Below are positions 23,136 to 36,692 of a stretch of 64,000 nt of DNA, piece after piece (the stretch's first letter is position 1; each line of letters begins with the position of its first letter). Where the stretch lies: NCBI GenBank assembly GCA_028534125.1, contig CM052817.1, positions 6,202,001 to 6,266,000 on the forward strand, in the 5' to 3' direction. The translations under genes and the position numbers were made by a program. The notes under the pieces were generated by a model. The model was not told the origin of the DNA. It worked only from the letters and a program-made list of their open reading frames with translations, and did no database searches. Origin of the DNA: Lama glama (taxonomy: Eukaryota).

Positions 23136-24564
23136 CTCATTTTATTTATTTATTTTTCTTTTTGCCATTCAGTGAGAAGTGTGTTTTCCTGTTTTATCCT
23201 ATATAGGTACTAGAATTTTTGCTAATATTCTCAATAGCATGAGCCCTTTCTTGGTTATGCTTGACCAAGTTCTTGGTTTAGGATTTCACAAAGATAAGGG
23301 CATTTGTTGAGAAAAATCATACATATAGAATAAACTATTTATAAATTTCTATTGAAATTATGATCTGGTGAACATATACAACCACCACCATCTCCTTTCT
23401 AGGGTTCCGATGCTCTGCTTCTGCAGAATCTCTAACCTCACTAGTCCATCTTGGGAGTGCTGGCTACTTTACTTCTGGTATCTTAATTGATGAGGGGCAT
23501 GTGGAATTCTCTGCTGCACTCAAAGTTCAGCCCTCGTGGCTTTCTACATGGCTTGAGAGACCCACTGGCAGAAATTTCCCTATCTCCCTGCACTGTCCTG
23601 TTCGTGGGATTATCCCCGTGGTCTCTGCTTCCTTCTTTTGTGGGAGAAACTTTATTTGCATCCCCAGTTACAGGAGAGAAAAATGACACATTTTAGGATA
23701 AGCCTTATCTTCAAGACTCTGTTCAGTTCCCAAAAGCACTTTTCCTGCTACTGCTTCCTGTCTCTGCCTGCAGGGGTGCCCTGGTCGTACTCCCCTCTAG
23801 CTCATTGAAAGTGGTTTCCACCTGAGGTTCTCCTGATAAGTTCATTCAGGCTCCCTAGATGTGGATCTCAAAACAAGTCACTTTCTCCTAACTGAAAGAA
23901 GATTCAGCCTCTGATATTTAGTTCTGATTCATCTGATAAATGTGCATTGACACTTCCCAAATGCAGAGCAGTCTTGAGCTAAATACTGAGGGTAGGTTCA
24001 GAAGCATTAGACCTGAGTGTCTCCTTCCAGGAAGCCCCACCCCTCTCATTTGCAGGGCCCAGAGCAGGAGAATACATGTAAGCCCACACACCATATGTCC
24101 AAATATTTAAAAGTTACAAATAAAAACTATTAAAATATGTTCTATTCCATACTTATTTTTGCACATCTCCAGTAACATGAATTAGAACAAGATGGACTCT
24201 AGTAATTATGGCAAAACTTTTCCCTCTATGCAATAATTTAATGCATTCATGCCATCTAAAAGGAAAGATCTGATAAATTAATTAATCTGTCTTTTCTTAG
24301 TACTTCCTCTGCTCAAATCCTCCCTGGATTCTGAAGCAGCATCCATGTTCAAAGTCAGCAATTAGTATAATCCACAAACTTTTAAGTCATTTGGATGCAG
24401 TCATCTCTTCTTCAAGTATACAGGGCAAGAGATATGGGAAGACTTTCTCTGGGACCTGACTAGTGTGGATCATGAGAGAAGATGTGTGTGGTTAAGGGTT
24501 GTACTGCACCAGCATGAAGCACCTGATTGCAAGTAAAAGAGGCATCTCTCTTTCCTTTGCTAAA

Positions 24565-24612
24565 TGTGTGTGCATGTGTTTGTGTGTGTGTGTGTGTGTA
24601 TCTGTGTGTGTA
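24565..24612. repeat. (TG)n microsatellite, interrupted
   Basis: Seen directly. Confidence 0.9.
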
Positions 24613-25744
24613 CTTCAAGGGAACTTCTAAAGTATAGAGACCTGGGCAAAGCCCCCTCACCAACACACACACTAAGCTTTGAGGGAAAAACCTATCCAAG
24701 AACTTATATTCTCATTGAACAAATAAGAATTGGGAATATAGCATCATTATGAAACATCGCAAGGCATCACGTGACTTACTTCACAATTAGCAGCAAGAAC
24801 TTTGTTAATAAGGTGGAGTTGCAGGCATGGGTCTCAGGAAAGACCAAATTTTGTATATGGAAGATAAATTTGATTAGACTGGAGAAAGCTTAAAAATTAT
24901 GGTGCATAAAATTCCAATAAAAACACCATGCCATATTTTACATTTTTGTTATCACAGGGAATGAGAATCCATATCAGAATTGTGACATTACTCACCATTA
25001 TAGGGTTTATTAATACACAATTGGGAGGCTCAGAGAGTGCTGCCAACTGGAGATGGAACAGAGGAACCTGGTATGAAAACAGCGTGACACAGTTGCCCAG
25101 GAAGGGGAGAGATGATGGTGGATCAAGCCTGAAGAGTGTGAGTAAATCTAACACAATATTGGATTAGTGTTGAGAAATGAAGAGAGAGAAAACTCAAAAA
25201 ACAAGCCTCAGGCAAGCATTCAGCACTCAATGCTGAGATCATAGGAGCCTGCGACAGGGCAGAAATCTTCAGAAATCATTCACAAAGAAAAGGAAAATAT
25301 ATGAAGTGGTGTAAAATGATAGCATTATGAAAGCAGTTAAGCATATCCAGCTCCATCCATAAAAGAATATCACTCTTAACCTCAGAGCAGATACAAAAGA
25401 TGAGTTTAAAGACAGAAGTAACAAAAGTTTATCATAGCTTCTAGGATCTTCTTCCTGAGTTCTAAACACTAAGAGTGAGCAAAGAAGGAGTCAGACATAC
25501 GGAGATCGAATGATCTATTTTAATACTGATAACGCTGAAATGGAGGAAGGGGACTTGTATCTGCTGGCAGGTGGGCTCCCTGATCTTCTTACATGGGTTC
25601 ATCCACCCCGGCATCAGCAGCACCAAATGCGCCAGCCAGGCCCGTGTGGGGGCCACCCACATAAGGATTGTGACCTAGAGAGGCAGAGTCAGTCACATGG
25701 TCCCAATGGGCTCTTTACCACCAAGCAAAAGGGACTAGGATACA

Positions 25745-26196
25745 CATACTAGTTCTCCTGTGGCTACTGTGACCAACTGGGAGGGTGGGTGCTTGAAACA
25801 ACAGAAACCTCTTCTCCCACAGACCTGGAGGCCAGAAGTCCAAAATCAAGGTGTCAACAGGGTTACACTCCCTCTGCAGGCTCTAGGGGAGAATCCTTCC
25901 TTGCCTCTTCCAGCTTCTGATGGCTCTGGCCATTCCTTGGCTTGTGGCAACATTCGTTCTCATCTTCATCTTCACACGGGATGTCACATCACTTTATTTT
26001 CTGTCTCTCTGTCATATCTTCTGCTGCTTTTCTTTTAAAGGACACCTATCATTGGATTTAGGACCTACCCTAAATCCAGGATGACTCATCTCAAGATTGA
26101 CAGAAGCCTCTTTGCCATATTAGATCTCATTCATAGGTTTCTGGGATTAGGATCTGGGCATATCTTTTTGGGGGGGCCAGTATTCAACCCACTACA
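25745..26196 (-). mobile_element. MaLR LTR (MLT1B/C-like)
   Basis: ctggaggccagaagtccaaaatcaaggtgtcaacaggg...ggctctaggggagaatccttccttgcctcttccagcttctg...tattcaacccactaca. Confidence 0.88.
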
Positions 26197-26359
26197 CTGC
26201 ACATACTCATTTCTTCTTTTGAACTCCTACCAACAAGGTCCACCCTATTCCCCGGAAGAATAACGGGGGGAGGGGAGAATGTGAAGGATGTCATGGATTA
26301 ACCAAAGATGTCCACCAACAAGAAAGTCAACATCAGACATGGGCTATTTCCTCCTAACA

Positions 26360-26600
26360 ATAATGAACTGATTAAAACAGCTTAATGCACCAGGTACTAT
26401 CACAAGCCGATTGAAGATATTAACTCATTTAATCTTCCAAACAACTCTACTTTTACTATCCCCATTTCAGAAATGAGGAAATTGAAGCTCAGGATGTTAA
26501 ACAACTTTCAAGAGGTCATGCGCAAAGCAAATGGTTCAGCTGGGATTAAATGCAGGTGGGATGTTTGCTGAGGTTACTCTGAGTTTCTGCACCATTCAGC
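26360..26600 (-). mobile_element. MIR SINE
   Basis: tattaactcatttaatcttccaaacaactct...tatccccatttcagaaatgaggaaattgaagctcagga. Confidence 0.75.
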
Positions 26601-26699
26601 CTCTGATCTCCCGTATCATATGGTGCACTTGCCATCTGTGCAACAGTGAGACCCAGCATTACAATACAGACTGCTCTGGAAGAACTAAGGTCTTTGAAG

Positions 26700-27070
26700 C
26701 ACTGAACTAAATGTACAATAGAGAGATGGTTGAGTAAATTGTTGTCTTTTCATCTGATAGGATATTCTGCAGCAACTTGAAAATGATGTTTTTGAAGATA
26801 TTTAATGATAACTTAAAATACTTAAGAAAAAAACGTTAAAAGAATAGAATTTATGTAATTCAAAAATATCAGATTGCATATCTACAAATAACATATTCAT
26901 AGAAAAATAAGACAGAAAAATAATATCTAATACTAAAATGTTAATATTGGTTGTCTTGGGGTTGGAAATTTTGTTTCTTCTGTCATTTCTTTTGTGTTTT
27001 TCAGATCATGTATAATAAACATATATTGCTTTTATGGTAAGACTGCTACTGATTTGTGGTAAAAATAATA
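26700..27070 (+). mobile_element. Old L1ME 3' end
   Basis: aaatgtacaatagagagatggttgagtaaatt...aaaatgttaatattggttgtcttgggg...ttgcttttatggtaaga. Confidence 0.6.
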
Positions 27071-27599
27071 ATAATTTGAATTGGCCTCAGGATCTGATAG
27101 ATAAAAGCAAAACCAAAACAATGAAAAGCCCCCATTTATAGGCCTGGGGAGGAGCAGAAAGAGGAGAAACATTAGGTTCTGCAGGATCTTGGTTAGAAGG
27201 AGACAGAAGAGGGTATTCAGGGGTGGTGGTTGTATGTGTTGGGGTGGGGATAAAGGACTATGCCACAAACCACATGGGAGCCTTGGAAGCCTCCCAGTAG
27301 GGACATTGTCCGTGTTTTCTGACTGAAACTCATAGCAGCTTCAGGGAGGCAGGATCTTCCAGGCGCAGTATTTTGTGTGACAGCAGTCCAAGTTTAACTT
27401 TGTTCAGAAAGCTTTTATATATTCCAGCTGGGATCACTGACTTGGACTAGGTACTTACCTCCCCAGCTACATAGCTTCACTAGGGAGCACCTATGTTAAG
27501 GCCCGTCAGAGGGGCATGATTCCTCCTGCCCAACATTAGGAGATCACTTTCAGATCATGCAACAGCCTCTTGTACAAATCTTTAAGAGGGGTCCAGGCC

Positions 27600-28270
27600 T
27601 GTTTCCACCCCAAAGCACATTGCCCACATTCTAATAAGGAACCTGAGCTTATTGCACCTTAAGTGAAGAGGAAGCTGTGAAGATGCACATGGACAAGGAC
27701 CAGTCCAGGATCTAGAAGACCATGGAGATTTCAGGAGCCAAGGTTGTGCCAGGGACCTCATGGGTCCATTCACCATCTCAGGGTGACCTCACATTTTACA
27801 TGTGTCCAGCTTCCTCTTTCTGCCAGCTGGCTGTGTTCGCCTTGTATTCATTTCTCTGTTTCAAAGACTACTCATCACTTTGGCTCACTCGAGACCCAGC
27901 ATGTCCCCTCTAACCTCGCACGCTGCTATGGCTTAGAGCAGCTGCTTCTGTTGCTCAGGCTACTTTTGTTCAGAATTTCTGTTTGGACTGCAGAGAGAAA
28001 AAGACATTTGATTGGCTCAGACTGACTTTCCACTTGAATGCAAGACGACAGGGCACTGGTTTGGTCATGGATCGCCTGCCCTGGCCAATCAGTCTTGTCT
28101 CTTGGCATTATCCACTTCTTCAGGTCCTGTAGGTGGGCAGTTTCCTTTCGAAGGGGCTGTCGGCCTGGAAGGCACTGTGATCAATGTGTCTTCTATACAA
28201 TTTATGCAAGAAAGAAGACCACTTTTCCCAGGAAGTAGCATTTACATGGCAGGTGCTTAGAGATAAACAG
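27600..28270 (-). mobile_element. Old MaLR LTR (MLT1K/L-like)
   Basis: gagagaaaaagacatttgattggctcag...ggtcatggatcgcctgccctggccaatcag. Confidence 0.5.
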
Positions 28271-29089
28271 ATTCCTCAGTCAGCAGGCCAACATGGACCT
28301 TTTGACCAAAAAGAAAGGAAAGGAGAGGAAAGCCTGTCATCAATGGAGAGTTTATGTCAAACTATGAGAATAGAGGGTCAGGCAAGTCAGACAAAAAAAC
28401 CCTGATGGTTTTTCCTTCAGGTTATAGCATTAAGAGAGATGGTCAGGTTTTTAACGTGGATGCATTTCTCTCTCAAGGACTGAACATTTATTTTCATAAT
28501 AAATAAGAAACATAGTTTTTACTCTGGTAAATTATTTTGAAGTGTTGTCTTGGGGTAACCTCTCAAGGAAATCTACCTTGACCTTATGTTAGCTTGATGT
28601 GTCCCTCTACTGATTACCAAGTTGTGACTCCAGACATTTCAGGCAGAGTTGGCCTAATTGGGGACACTGCACATGAAAACCAGTCACACAGCTGGGACCT
28701 TCAAAGCCGCCTGGGCTAATTAGCAGGAAGTAGCTTGGAACTTTTTGCTCTGTTGGACTTCTTGGTAGTCACTAAATCATTGGATCAATTCCAAAAGCAG
28801 CTAGAGGGACCCAAGAGTCAGAGGACGTATTTCCCAAGTGTGTATGCGATGAAGAGTGGGATGATGAGGGCTATTGCGATTTCGAGCACAGAAGACTTTG
28901 TTTTTTTTTTAATTTTTAAATTATAGCTCATGTGTAAGCCCAGGGGCTGGATGGGACTGCATAGCTTGGTGAAGACTGCATGGATTACCATGTTTGGCTT
29001 CTACCGAAGTCAGTTAAGAAGGATATGAGAAAAGATTATGCATATTCTGAAGGCATGACACCTTTTGTTTTTATCTCCTCCTCTTCTCT

Positions 29090-30331
29090 TCTTTTTAAAA
29101 TTATTTTTTATTTTTTCAATTATTTATTTTTTTAACATTTTTTGATTGAGTTATAGTCATTTTACAATGTTGTTTCAAATTCCAGTGTAGAGCACAATTT
29201 TTCAGTTATATGTGGACATACATATATTCATTGTCACATTTTTTTCTCTGTAAGCTACCAGAAGATTTTGTATATATTTCCCTGTGCTATACAGTATAAT
29301 CTTGTTTATATATTCTACATTTTGAAATCCCAGTCTGTCCCTTCTCACTCCCCACAACCACAAGTTTGTATTCTATGTCTATGAGTCTGTTTCCGTTTTG
29401 TATTTATGTTCTTTTTGTTTTTTTTTTTAGATTCCACGTATGAACGATCTCATATGGTATTTTTCTTTCTCTTTCTGGCTTACTTCACTTAGAATGACAT
29501 TCTCCAGGAGCATCCATGTTGCTGCAAATGGTGTTATGTTGTCGGTTTTTATGGCTGAATAGTATTCCATTGTATAAATATACCACCTCTTCTTTATCCA
29601 GTCATCTGTTGATGGACATTTAGGCTGTTTCCATGTCTTGGCTATTGTAAATAGTGCTGCTATGAACNNNNNNNNNNNNNNNNNNNNNNNNNNNNNNNNN
29701 NNNNNNNNNNNNNNNNNNNNNNNNNNNNNNNNNNNNNNNNNNNNNNNNNNNNNNNNNNNNNNNNNNNNNNNNNNNNNNNNNNNNNNNNNNNNNNNNNNNN
29801 NNNNNNNNNNNNNNNNNNNNNNNNNNNNNNNNNNNNNNNNNNNNNNNNNNNNNNNNNNNNNNNNNNNNNNNNNNNNNNNNNNNNNNNNNNNNNNNNNNNN
29901 NNNNNNNNNNNNNNNNNNNNNNNNNNNNNNNNNNNNNNNNNNNNNNNNNNNNNNNNNNNNNNNNNNNNNNNNNNNNNNNNNNNNNNNNNNNNNNNNNNNN
30001 NNNNNNNNNNNNNNNNNNNNNNNNNNNNNNNNNNNNNNNNNNNNNNNNNNNNNNNNNNNNNNNNNNNNNNNNNNNNNNNNNNNNNNNNNNNNNNNNNNNN
30101 NNNNNNNNNNNNNNNNNNNNNNNNNNNNNNNNNNNNNNNNNNNNNNNNNNNNNNNNNNNNNNNNNNNCTTTTATTTCTATTGCTTGGGTAGACTGCCCTA
30201 GGAGAACATTTTTGAGATGTATGTTGGATAATGTTTTGCCTATATTTTCTTCTAGGAGGTTTATTGTATCTTGTCTTATGTTTAAGTCTTTGATCCATTT
30301 TGAGTTTTTTTGTGTATGGTGTAAGGGAGTG
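29090..30331 (-). mobile_element. Young L1, 5'-truncated, spanning a gap
   Basis: Same 3' UTR as 15151-16151 in antisense; ORF2 resumes after the gap (ttttatttctattgcttgggtagactgc) at roughly the spacing seen in the 57430-58658 copy. Confidence 0.9.
29668..30167. other. Assembly gap (500 N)
   Basis: N run. Confidence 1.
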
Positions 30332-30334
30332 CAT

Positions 30335-30795
30335 CAATTTATTCTTTAGGTATTTACCCCCAATAAATGAATACATATGTCTATGAGAGAGATATGTATA
30401 AGAAAACTGATGGCAACTTTATTCATAATAGAGAAAAGACTGGAAACAACCCGAAGTCCAACAAAATGGATGGACATAACATACCAATACATACACAGTG
30501 AATGAACAACAACAAAAATGGCAGAACAAGAGAGTGATACTATATGCTTCATTTTATATGATGTTCAAGAACAGGTAAACGTAATTTATGGTGATGGAAG
30601 TCAAATAAGTGGTTGCTCCTCTGAGGTGGGCTGGGAGTGGGGTGCTGGGTTGCTGGTGGGTTTGACTGGAAAGGGACATGACTGAAGTTTCTGGGACAAT
30701 GGAAGTGTTCCATATATTGATTGTGGTTGTGGTTACAGGATTTCATACATTTATGAAAATGCATCAAATTGTATTATTTATATAATTGAAAAATA
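30335..30795 (+). mobile_element. Old L1M 3' end
   Basis: taggtatttacccc..aaatgaatacatatgtc; actttattcataatag..aaagactggaaacaacc; aatttatggtgatggaagtca; ttctgggacaatggaagtgttc. Confidence 0.8.
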
Positions 30796-33504
30796 TGCAA
30801 GCAGAGCAAAGAAAAAAAAACAACAGTCATATTCAATGACACTCGTATGAATATGTGTTTAGAAATTTCACTCCCCTTGCCCATCTATGGATAACTAGAG
30901 ATGCTATGGTTATGGCTAACTTTTCAGAATTATTTATACAATTTTATCCAGTACATAATGCATAGGTGGGTTTCAACTAGAACACCTGACATATGCTGGC
31001 TGGTAACCAGAGCTATGCAAATGCCCTTCAGAATAGATATACTGGGAAAAGAAATAAGAGAGAACAAAATTCATCCAGGGAGTAGTGTGACAGTCACTTA
31101 ACTGGGTTTTCCCCCTCCAGTTGCTTTTCCTGTAGAAAGTCACATTAAGAGGCATCTGGTAGGAGGAGGCAGAGAATGTCAAAGTTGAAATGCAGCATTC
31201 CTCATCACCCTTTCTCTTTCTGCAGTCTTGGCAGAAATGCAGGGCCCCCTAGCTCAGTGGAGGCTGGGTGAGGGAAGTGGGTGGAAGGCACTATGGGGGC
31301 GGAATTAAAAAGAAACAGCCTAGAGTTTTTACTTGTCATAAGCAAAGGTTTTTTGCCAGTTCTTGGTACTTGGTGTTCAAATATGGATGCTTATTCCCTT
31401 AGCACAGCTAAACCTGGGCTCCATGTGCTCCAGTTGGTGATATCAGTAGCTCTGGAAAGATGTTTTTCAGACATTTAGTGTTTGCTGGGAGGCTGCACCT
31501 TTACTGGATTTTGCATGGGCTGTGCTTAAGTAGCTTGTTTTTCCAGGTCAGTTTCTCTGCAGTTTTTCTGGGCTTGGTCCTCTGTGATGACACCATCAGA
31601 TCTGTCCTCCTCACCCACTGGTAGTGACGTACATGTCAGATGATTTTGATGGAGCAGAGAATGGAATATGAGTTTCACCTCTTGCCCCCATTCCATTTTC
31701 TCAAACACGTCCTTAACTCTGAAGTGATGGATTATATCAAGGATCAGTAGATATGAGAAAGAACAAGGCTTTGGGAAGAAATGGATTCAAAAACCTGGTT
31801 CCATTGCTAAGATGGGCAGTGTTCAACTTTACCAATTGTCCAATTGTCTCCACAATTTTCCAATAAGTGTGCTGTTGTCTGTTCCCACAGTTATCCAGTG
31901 GGTTTCCCAATGCTTACTTCACAAAGTTGTGGTAAGAATTTAGTTATATTTCAGCTTATGTATAGGTATAAATATCAAAAGAGTTCAGGTGGTGGCATCT
32001 GGCATACTGTCCACCTTAGCTCCTATTGTGTCCCTTAGTTTTTCTGCAGAAAAATCCATCTGTGATATGCTTAGCTGGAAAGATTTACTTGATTTCAAGA
32101 ATGCCTCCTCACCCCTCCAAACACAAGTTCATATACTCATTCACTCATACACATCAGTCCTTTATTGAGACATGCTACACATTTGCAGGCAGGCTATTGT
32201 ATAGAAGCCAACAACAAAAAACGTTTCTTTTTATTATGGAGACTGCTTAGGGACTACCATTCTCATCACTGCAACTTACGTTCGTACATGATTTCAAAAC
32301 TCTCAGATTCCTTTCATAAAGTCACATATGAGTTGGGTGATCGTATAATTTTATTGAGCAATTCTGGGTAGCATCATGATTAAACTTAGGCAACGATCTG
32401 GGGTTGACCTGGGCACACTGGATGTAGGATCATCCTAAACATGGACTGAGATGTATTTGAAACAAATATCAATGTTTCTTATCAGATGGTGAAATTGAGA
32501 GTCAGGAAGGTGGCGTGTCTTGCTTAATATCATCTGTGACTGACAGAGTCAGAATTTAAATACAGATGCTCTGAAGCTGAAAGTTGTGATTTTTCTAGGA
32601 CAATAAAATTTATTTTAAAAAGAGTCATGGGAATGTCTGCATTTTTTGTTTTGTTGGAATTTTGCTATATTAAATGTTGGATTGGCTAGAATTCAAACAC
32701 TTATTTATACGTAGCTTTTTGGCTTAGACTTCATTGTAATTAGACTTAAGAAGCACCATAACTATATTTGCCCACTGGGGTACCATTAACTGCTGTACAG
32801 CATTATGGAAATGCAAATTTCCATAGCTACAAGTAATCTTAGTTACTGAGTTGTATAATCTCTTAGCCTGATACTCAGGACCCATTATTATTAGATCAGA
32901 ACTCCTTAGCTCTTCCCTCTGTGCTTTCGGAGGGAAGGGAGCTTCCACAGTTGCCCTCCAGGGAGACAGTGTAAGGGGGAGCATTCCTGTTCTCCCTCCT
33001 TTTGCTCTCTTCCTCACACTTCCTCAAAGGAGCTGATATACCTAGAGAGATCTCGGGCCTGCCTTCTAGAAGCAGGTGTGTGTTTCTGGGCAGACTGCTC
33101 ATTCTGACAGTCCTATGGGCCCCACAGGCCTGATAATGTGGCCAGATCTATCCCCGAAATTCCAGGGATGTCTGGGAAGAAACCTTTACTTTGGCCTCCA
33201 TTGCAAAATTCCCCACACACCACTGAATGGGAAATTGCAGATTACTTGAAAAAATGTCTAGAATTGATACTTATGTCCCTTTTGACTAACCTCTCTATGT
33301 GTTGGCTTTTAGTCCAGAAACTTGGAGAGAAGGGACAATAAAGGGATGGATACAATGAAGCCCACATAGCCCCTCTTAAGATATACAGCAGTGCTCTTTC
33401 TCTCCGAGCCCATAAAATAGCTTGTTATTCTTAAGCACAACGTAGATTTTATGTTCCCATAACTTTGCCACTCCCTTCCTTGAAATAGTTATGGATGCCA
33501 TTAG

Positions 33505-33969
33505 AGCTAGTTTATTATTTTCCCAGAAATGCCAAGACAAAGTACCACAAACAGGGTGTCTTAAAACAACAGAAATTTATTTTCTCCCAACCCTGGAGAC
33601 TAGAAATCTGAGCTCAAGTTGGAAGCAGAGCCATTCTCCCTCTGAAGATGCTAGAGGAGGTTCCTTCATTGCCTCCTGCTGGCTTCTGCTGAACATCTAT
33701 AGTGCTTCTTGGATTGGAAGTATATTATTCCCATCTCTGCCTCCACTGACACATAGCAGTCTCCCCTGGGTGCCCTGTGTCCCCTGTGTCTTCACCCAAC
33801 CTTCTTAGAAGGACACCAGTCACTGGGTTTTAGAGTCTACCTTCATCCAGTAGTACCACCTCTTAATTTGATTACATCTGCACAGACCCTTTTTCCAAGT
33901 AAGATCAGTCAAGTAGTGGGAGTTAGGAATTGAACACGTCTTCTTGAGGGCACAATTCAACTCAATACA
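33505..33969 (-). mobile_element. MaLR LTR (MLT1B/C-like)
   Basis: acaaagtaccacaaac..ggtgtcttaaaacaacagaaatttatt...gattacatctgcacagaccctt...cacaattcaactcaataca. Confidence 0.85.
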
Positions 33970-34180
33970 GCTAGTGTCTCTATTTGTATGTCAGATCCAA
34001 TCTCTTCCCTTCTTTCCAAGAGTATCACTCCAACTATTCTACCCTCTCATCTTGCATCATTTGTTTTCTTACCCTCTCTACAGGGCCTTCTTTATTAAAA
34101 TGCAGCATGTGGCTATTTCTTGCATATTAAGCAAACAAACAAACAAAAAAAAAACAAACCAACAAACCTCTCTTGACCTC

Positions 34181-34704
34181 TGTGTTACTCAGGATTCTCC
34201 AGAGAAATAGAACTAATAGGATGTGTATATATTTGTATCTAGGTCCACATCTGTGGATATAGATATATTGAGAGATTTGTTTCAAGGAATTGACTCACAT
34301 GGTTGTGGAGGCTGACAAGTCCCAAGATTTGCAGAGTGAGTTGGTAAGCTGGAGACCCTGGAGAACCAATGACATAGATTCCATTTCAAAGGCCGTCAAG
34401 CTCGAGAACCAATGTTTCAGTTCAAGTTCTGAGGCAGAAAAAAGCCTATGTTCCAGTTCAAAGGTTGGCATACAAAAAGAATTCTCTTACTCAGAGAAGA
34501 ATAAGCATTTTTGTTCTATTGAGATCTTCAACTGATTGGACAAGGCCCATCCACATTAAGGAGAGAAATCTGCTTAAATCAATCTACTGATTTAAATGTT
34601 AATTTCATCCAAAACACCTTTACGGAAAAACATAGAATAATGTTTGAACAAATTTCTAGGCACCAATGGCTAAGTCAAATTGACACATAAAATTAACCAT
34701 CACA
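34181..34704 (-). mobile_element. MLT2 (ERVL) solo LTR
   Basis: tgtgttactcaggattctccagagaaatagaactaatagga...aaggaattgactcacatggttgtggaggctgacaagtcc...ttgacacataaaattaaccatcaca. Confidence 0.9.
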
Positions 34705-34926
34705 CCCTTCCTTCTCCTTCACTATTTTCCTTCTTATCTTTAAAGCAAAAATTCTCAAAGATATAACTTATTGTCTCTAATTGCTTGGTCCCATTCCAAT
34801 TAGACATCCACCCATGGCTGGGTAAAATGTCTTTGTAAAGGACTGATTGTCTCCAAATACTGAATCCTCTGGTCAAATTTTAGTTGACTAGGAGGTAAAC
34901 TTCGTTAAAGCAAGGATGTTTATCTG

Positions 34927-35077
34927 TTTTTTTAACATTTTTTATTGATTTATAATCATTTTACAATGTTGCATCAAATTCCAGTGTTCAGCACAATCTT
35001 TCAGTCATTCATGGACATATACACACTCATTGTCACATTTTTTTCTCTGTGATTTATCATAACATTTTGTGTATATT
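34927..35077 (-). mobile_element. Young L1 3'-terminal fragment (~150 bp)
   Basis: ttttaacattttttattgatttataatcattttacaatgtt, the reverse complement of the 16085-16145 tail; sits in an L2 3' terminus. Confidence 0.85.
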
Positions 35078-35274
35078 CATTGTTGTATCTTAGGACAGTG
35101 ATTAGCACATAGTAAGCCTTCAATTAGCATCTGTTGAATTAACAAATAATTCTTTCTTGACTTATCACTGGCATTCAACATATTTGAATTGTAACTTCTT
35201 TAAACTGTGTCTTTCCTTGGCTTCCAAGCCTATTTTGGTTTTCTTCCTAACTTGCTGGATGTTCCTTTTCAATC

Positions 35275-35756
35275 TTTTTTTTTTCCCTTGAAATATAGTC
35301 AGTTTACAATGTGTCAATTTCTGGTGTACAGCATAATGTTTCAATCATACATATACATATATTTGTTTTCATACTTTTTTTCATTATAGATTACTACAAG
35401 ATATTGAATATAGTTCCCTGTGATATACAGAAAATACTTGTTTATCTATATATATTGTAGTTAATATTTGCAAATTTTGAACTCTCAATTTATCCTGTCC
35501 CACCCCTTTTTCCCCCAGTAACCATAAGTTTGTTCTCTATGTCTGTGAGTCTGTTTCTGTCTTGTAAATAAGTTAATTAGTGTTGTCTTTTTCCTTTTTT
35601 TAGACTCCATATATGAGTGATATTATATGGTATTTTTCTTTCTCTTTCTAACTTACTTCACTTAGAACGACTGTCTCCATGTCCATCCACGTTGCAACAC
35701 ACGGCATTATTTTATTCCTTTTCATGGCAGAGTAGTATTTCATTGCATAAATATAC
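35275..35756 (-). mobile_element. L1 3' end fragment
   Basis: Same family as 21373-21994 (ttgaaatatagtcagtttacaa...cttacttcacttagaa). Confidence 0.9.
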
Positions 35757-36312
35757 CCGTTGGATCCTATTCATCTCCTAGCCTCTTAGTTTAGAATGTC
35801 TGAGGGCTCAGTCCTTGGTCTCCTTATTTATTTTCTGTGTCTCATTCCTGAGGGAATTTCATCTACTGTAGTGTTTTTTAAAATACTATCCATATACTGA
35901 TGACTCCAAATTTTATATCATCACTTTTTCCTTGAACTCAAGAACTCTCCACTTAAGTGTTTAATTGCTCTTGAGTTAAATATGACCAAATATGAGCTCT
36001 CTCTTCTCCCACTGATCCTTCCATTAATGCCCCCACTTTTACTCCATCAACAAATTCTATCAGCTTTAAGTTAAAAATATATCTAGGATCTGAACAGTTT
36101 TCATTGCTTCCATCATGTGTACAGCCTGACTCACTGACTCATCTCCAGATTTTTATATCAATTGTCACTATCTCAGTGAGACATCTCTGCTACCAGATTC
36201 ATAATCTTGTTATTACTCCCTGGAATACCAAGTGATGTAAAGCTCTATCCACTTCTTTTACCATATTTTTCTCTATTCCATGTATTATTAACTAGTATAT
36301 CATATAACATAG

Positions 36313-36343
36313 GTGTGTGTGTGTGTGTGTGTGTTTGTGTGTG
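36313..36343. repeat. (TG)n microsatellite
   Basis: Seen directly. Confidence 0.9.
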
Positions 36344-36692
36344 AGCTTCAGTCTAAATTTGTGTGTCTTCTCAAGATTCATACACTGAAATTCTAACTTC
36401 TAGGTGATAGTATTAGTAGATGGGACTTTGTGATGTAATTAGGTCATGAGAGCAGAGCCTTCATGATTGGGATTAGTGCCTTTAGAGAAAAGACCCCCGA
36501 GGGTTTGTTCACTTCTGCTGTGTGAGGTTGCACCTAAGAGGCACCATCTAGGAAGCAGGCTTTCATGAGAAATCACGAGTGCCTTGATCTTGGACTTCCC
36601 AGCCTTCAGAACTGTGAGAAATACATTTCTGTTTTTTCATAAGCTATCCAGCTTATGGTATTTTGTTATAGCAGTAGGAAGGGACTAATGCA
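36344..36692 (+). mobile_element. MaLR LTR (MLT1A/MST-like)
   Basis: taattaggtcatgagagcagagccttcatgattgggattagtgcc...gccttgatcttggacttcccagccttcagaactgtgagaaatacatttctg. Confidence 0.88.

Noticed and set aside
29638..30376. 187-aa and 238-aa ORFs
   Set aside because: Artefacts of the 500-N gap.
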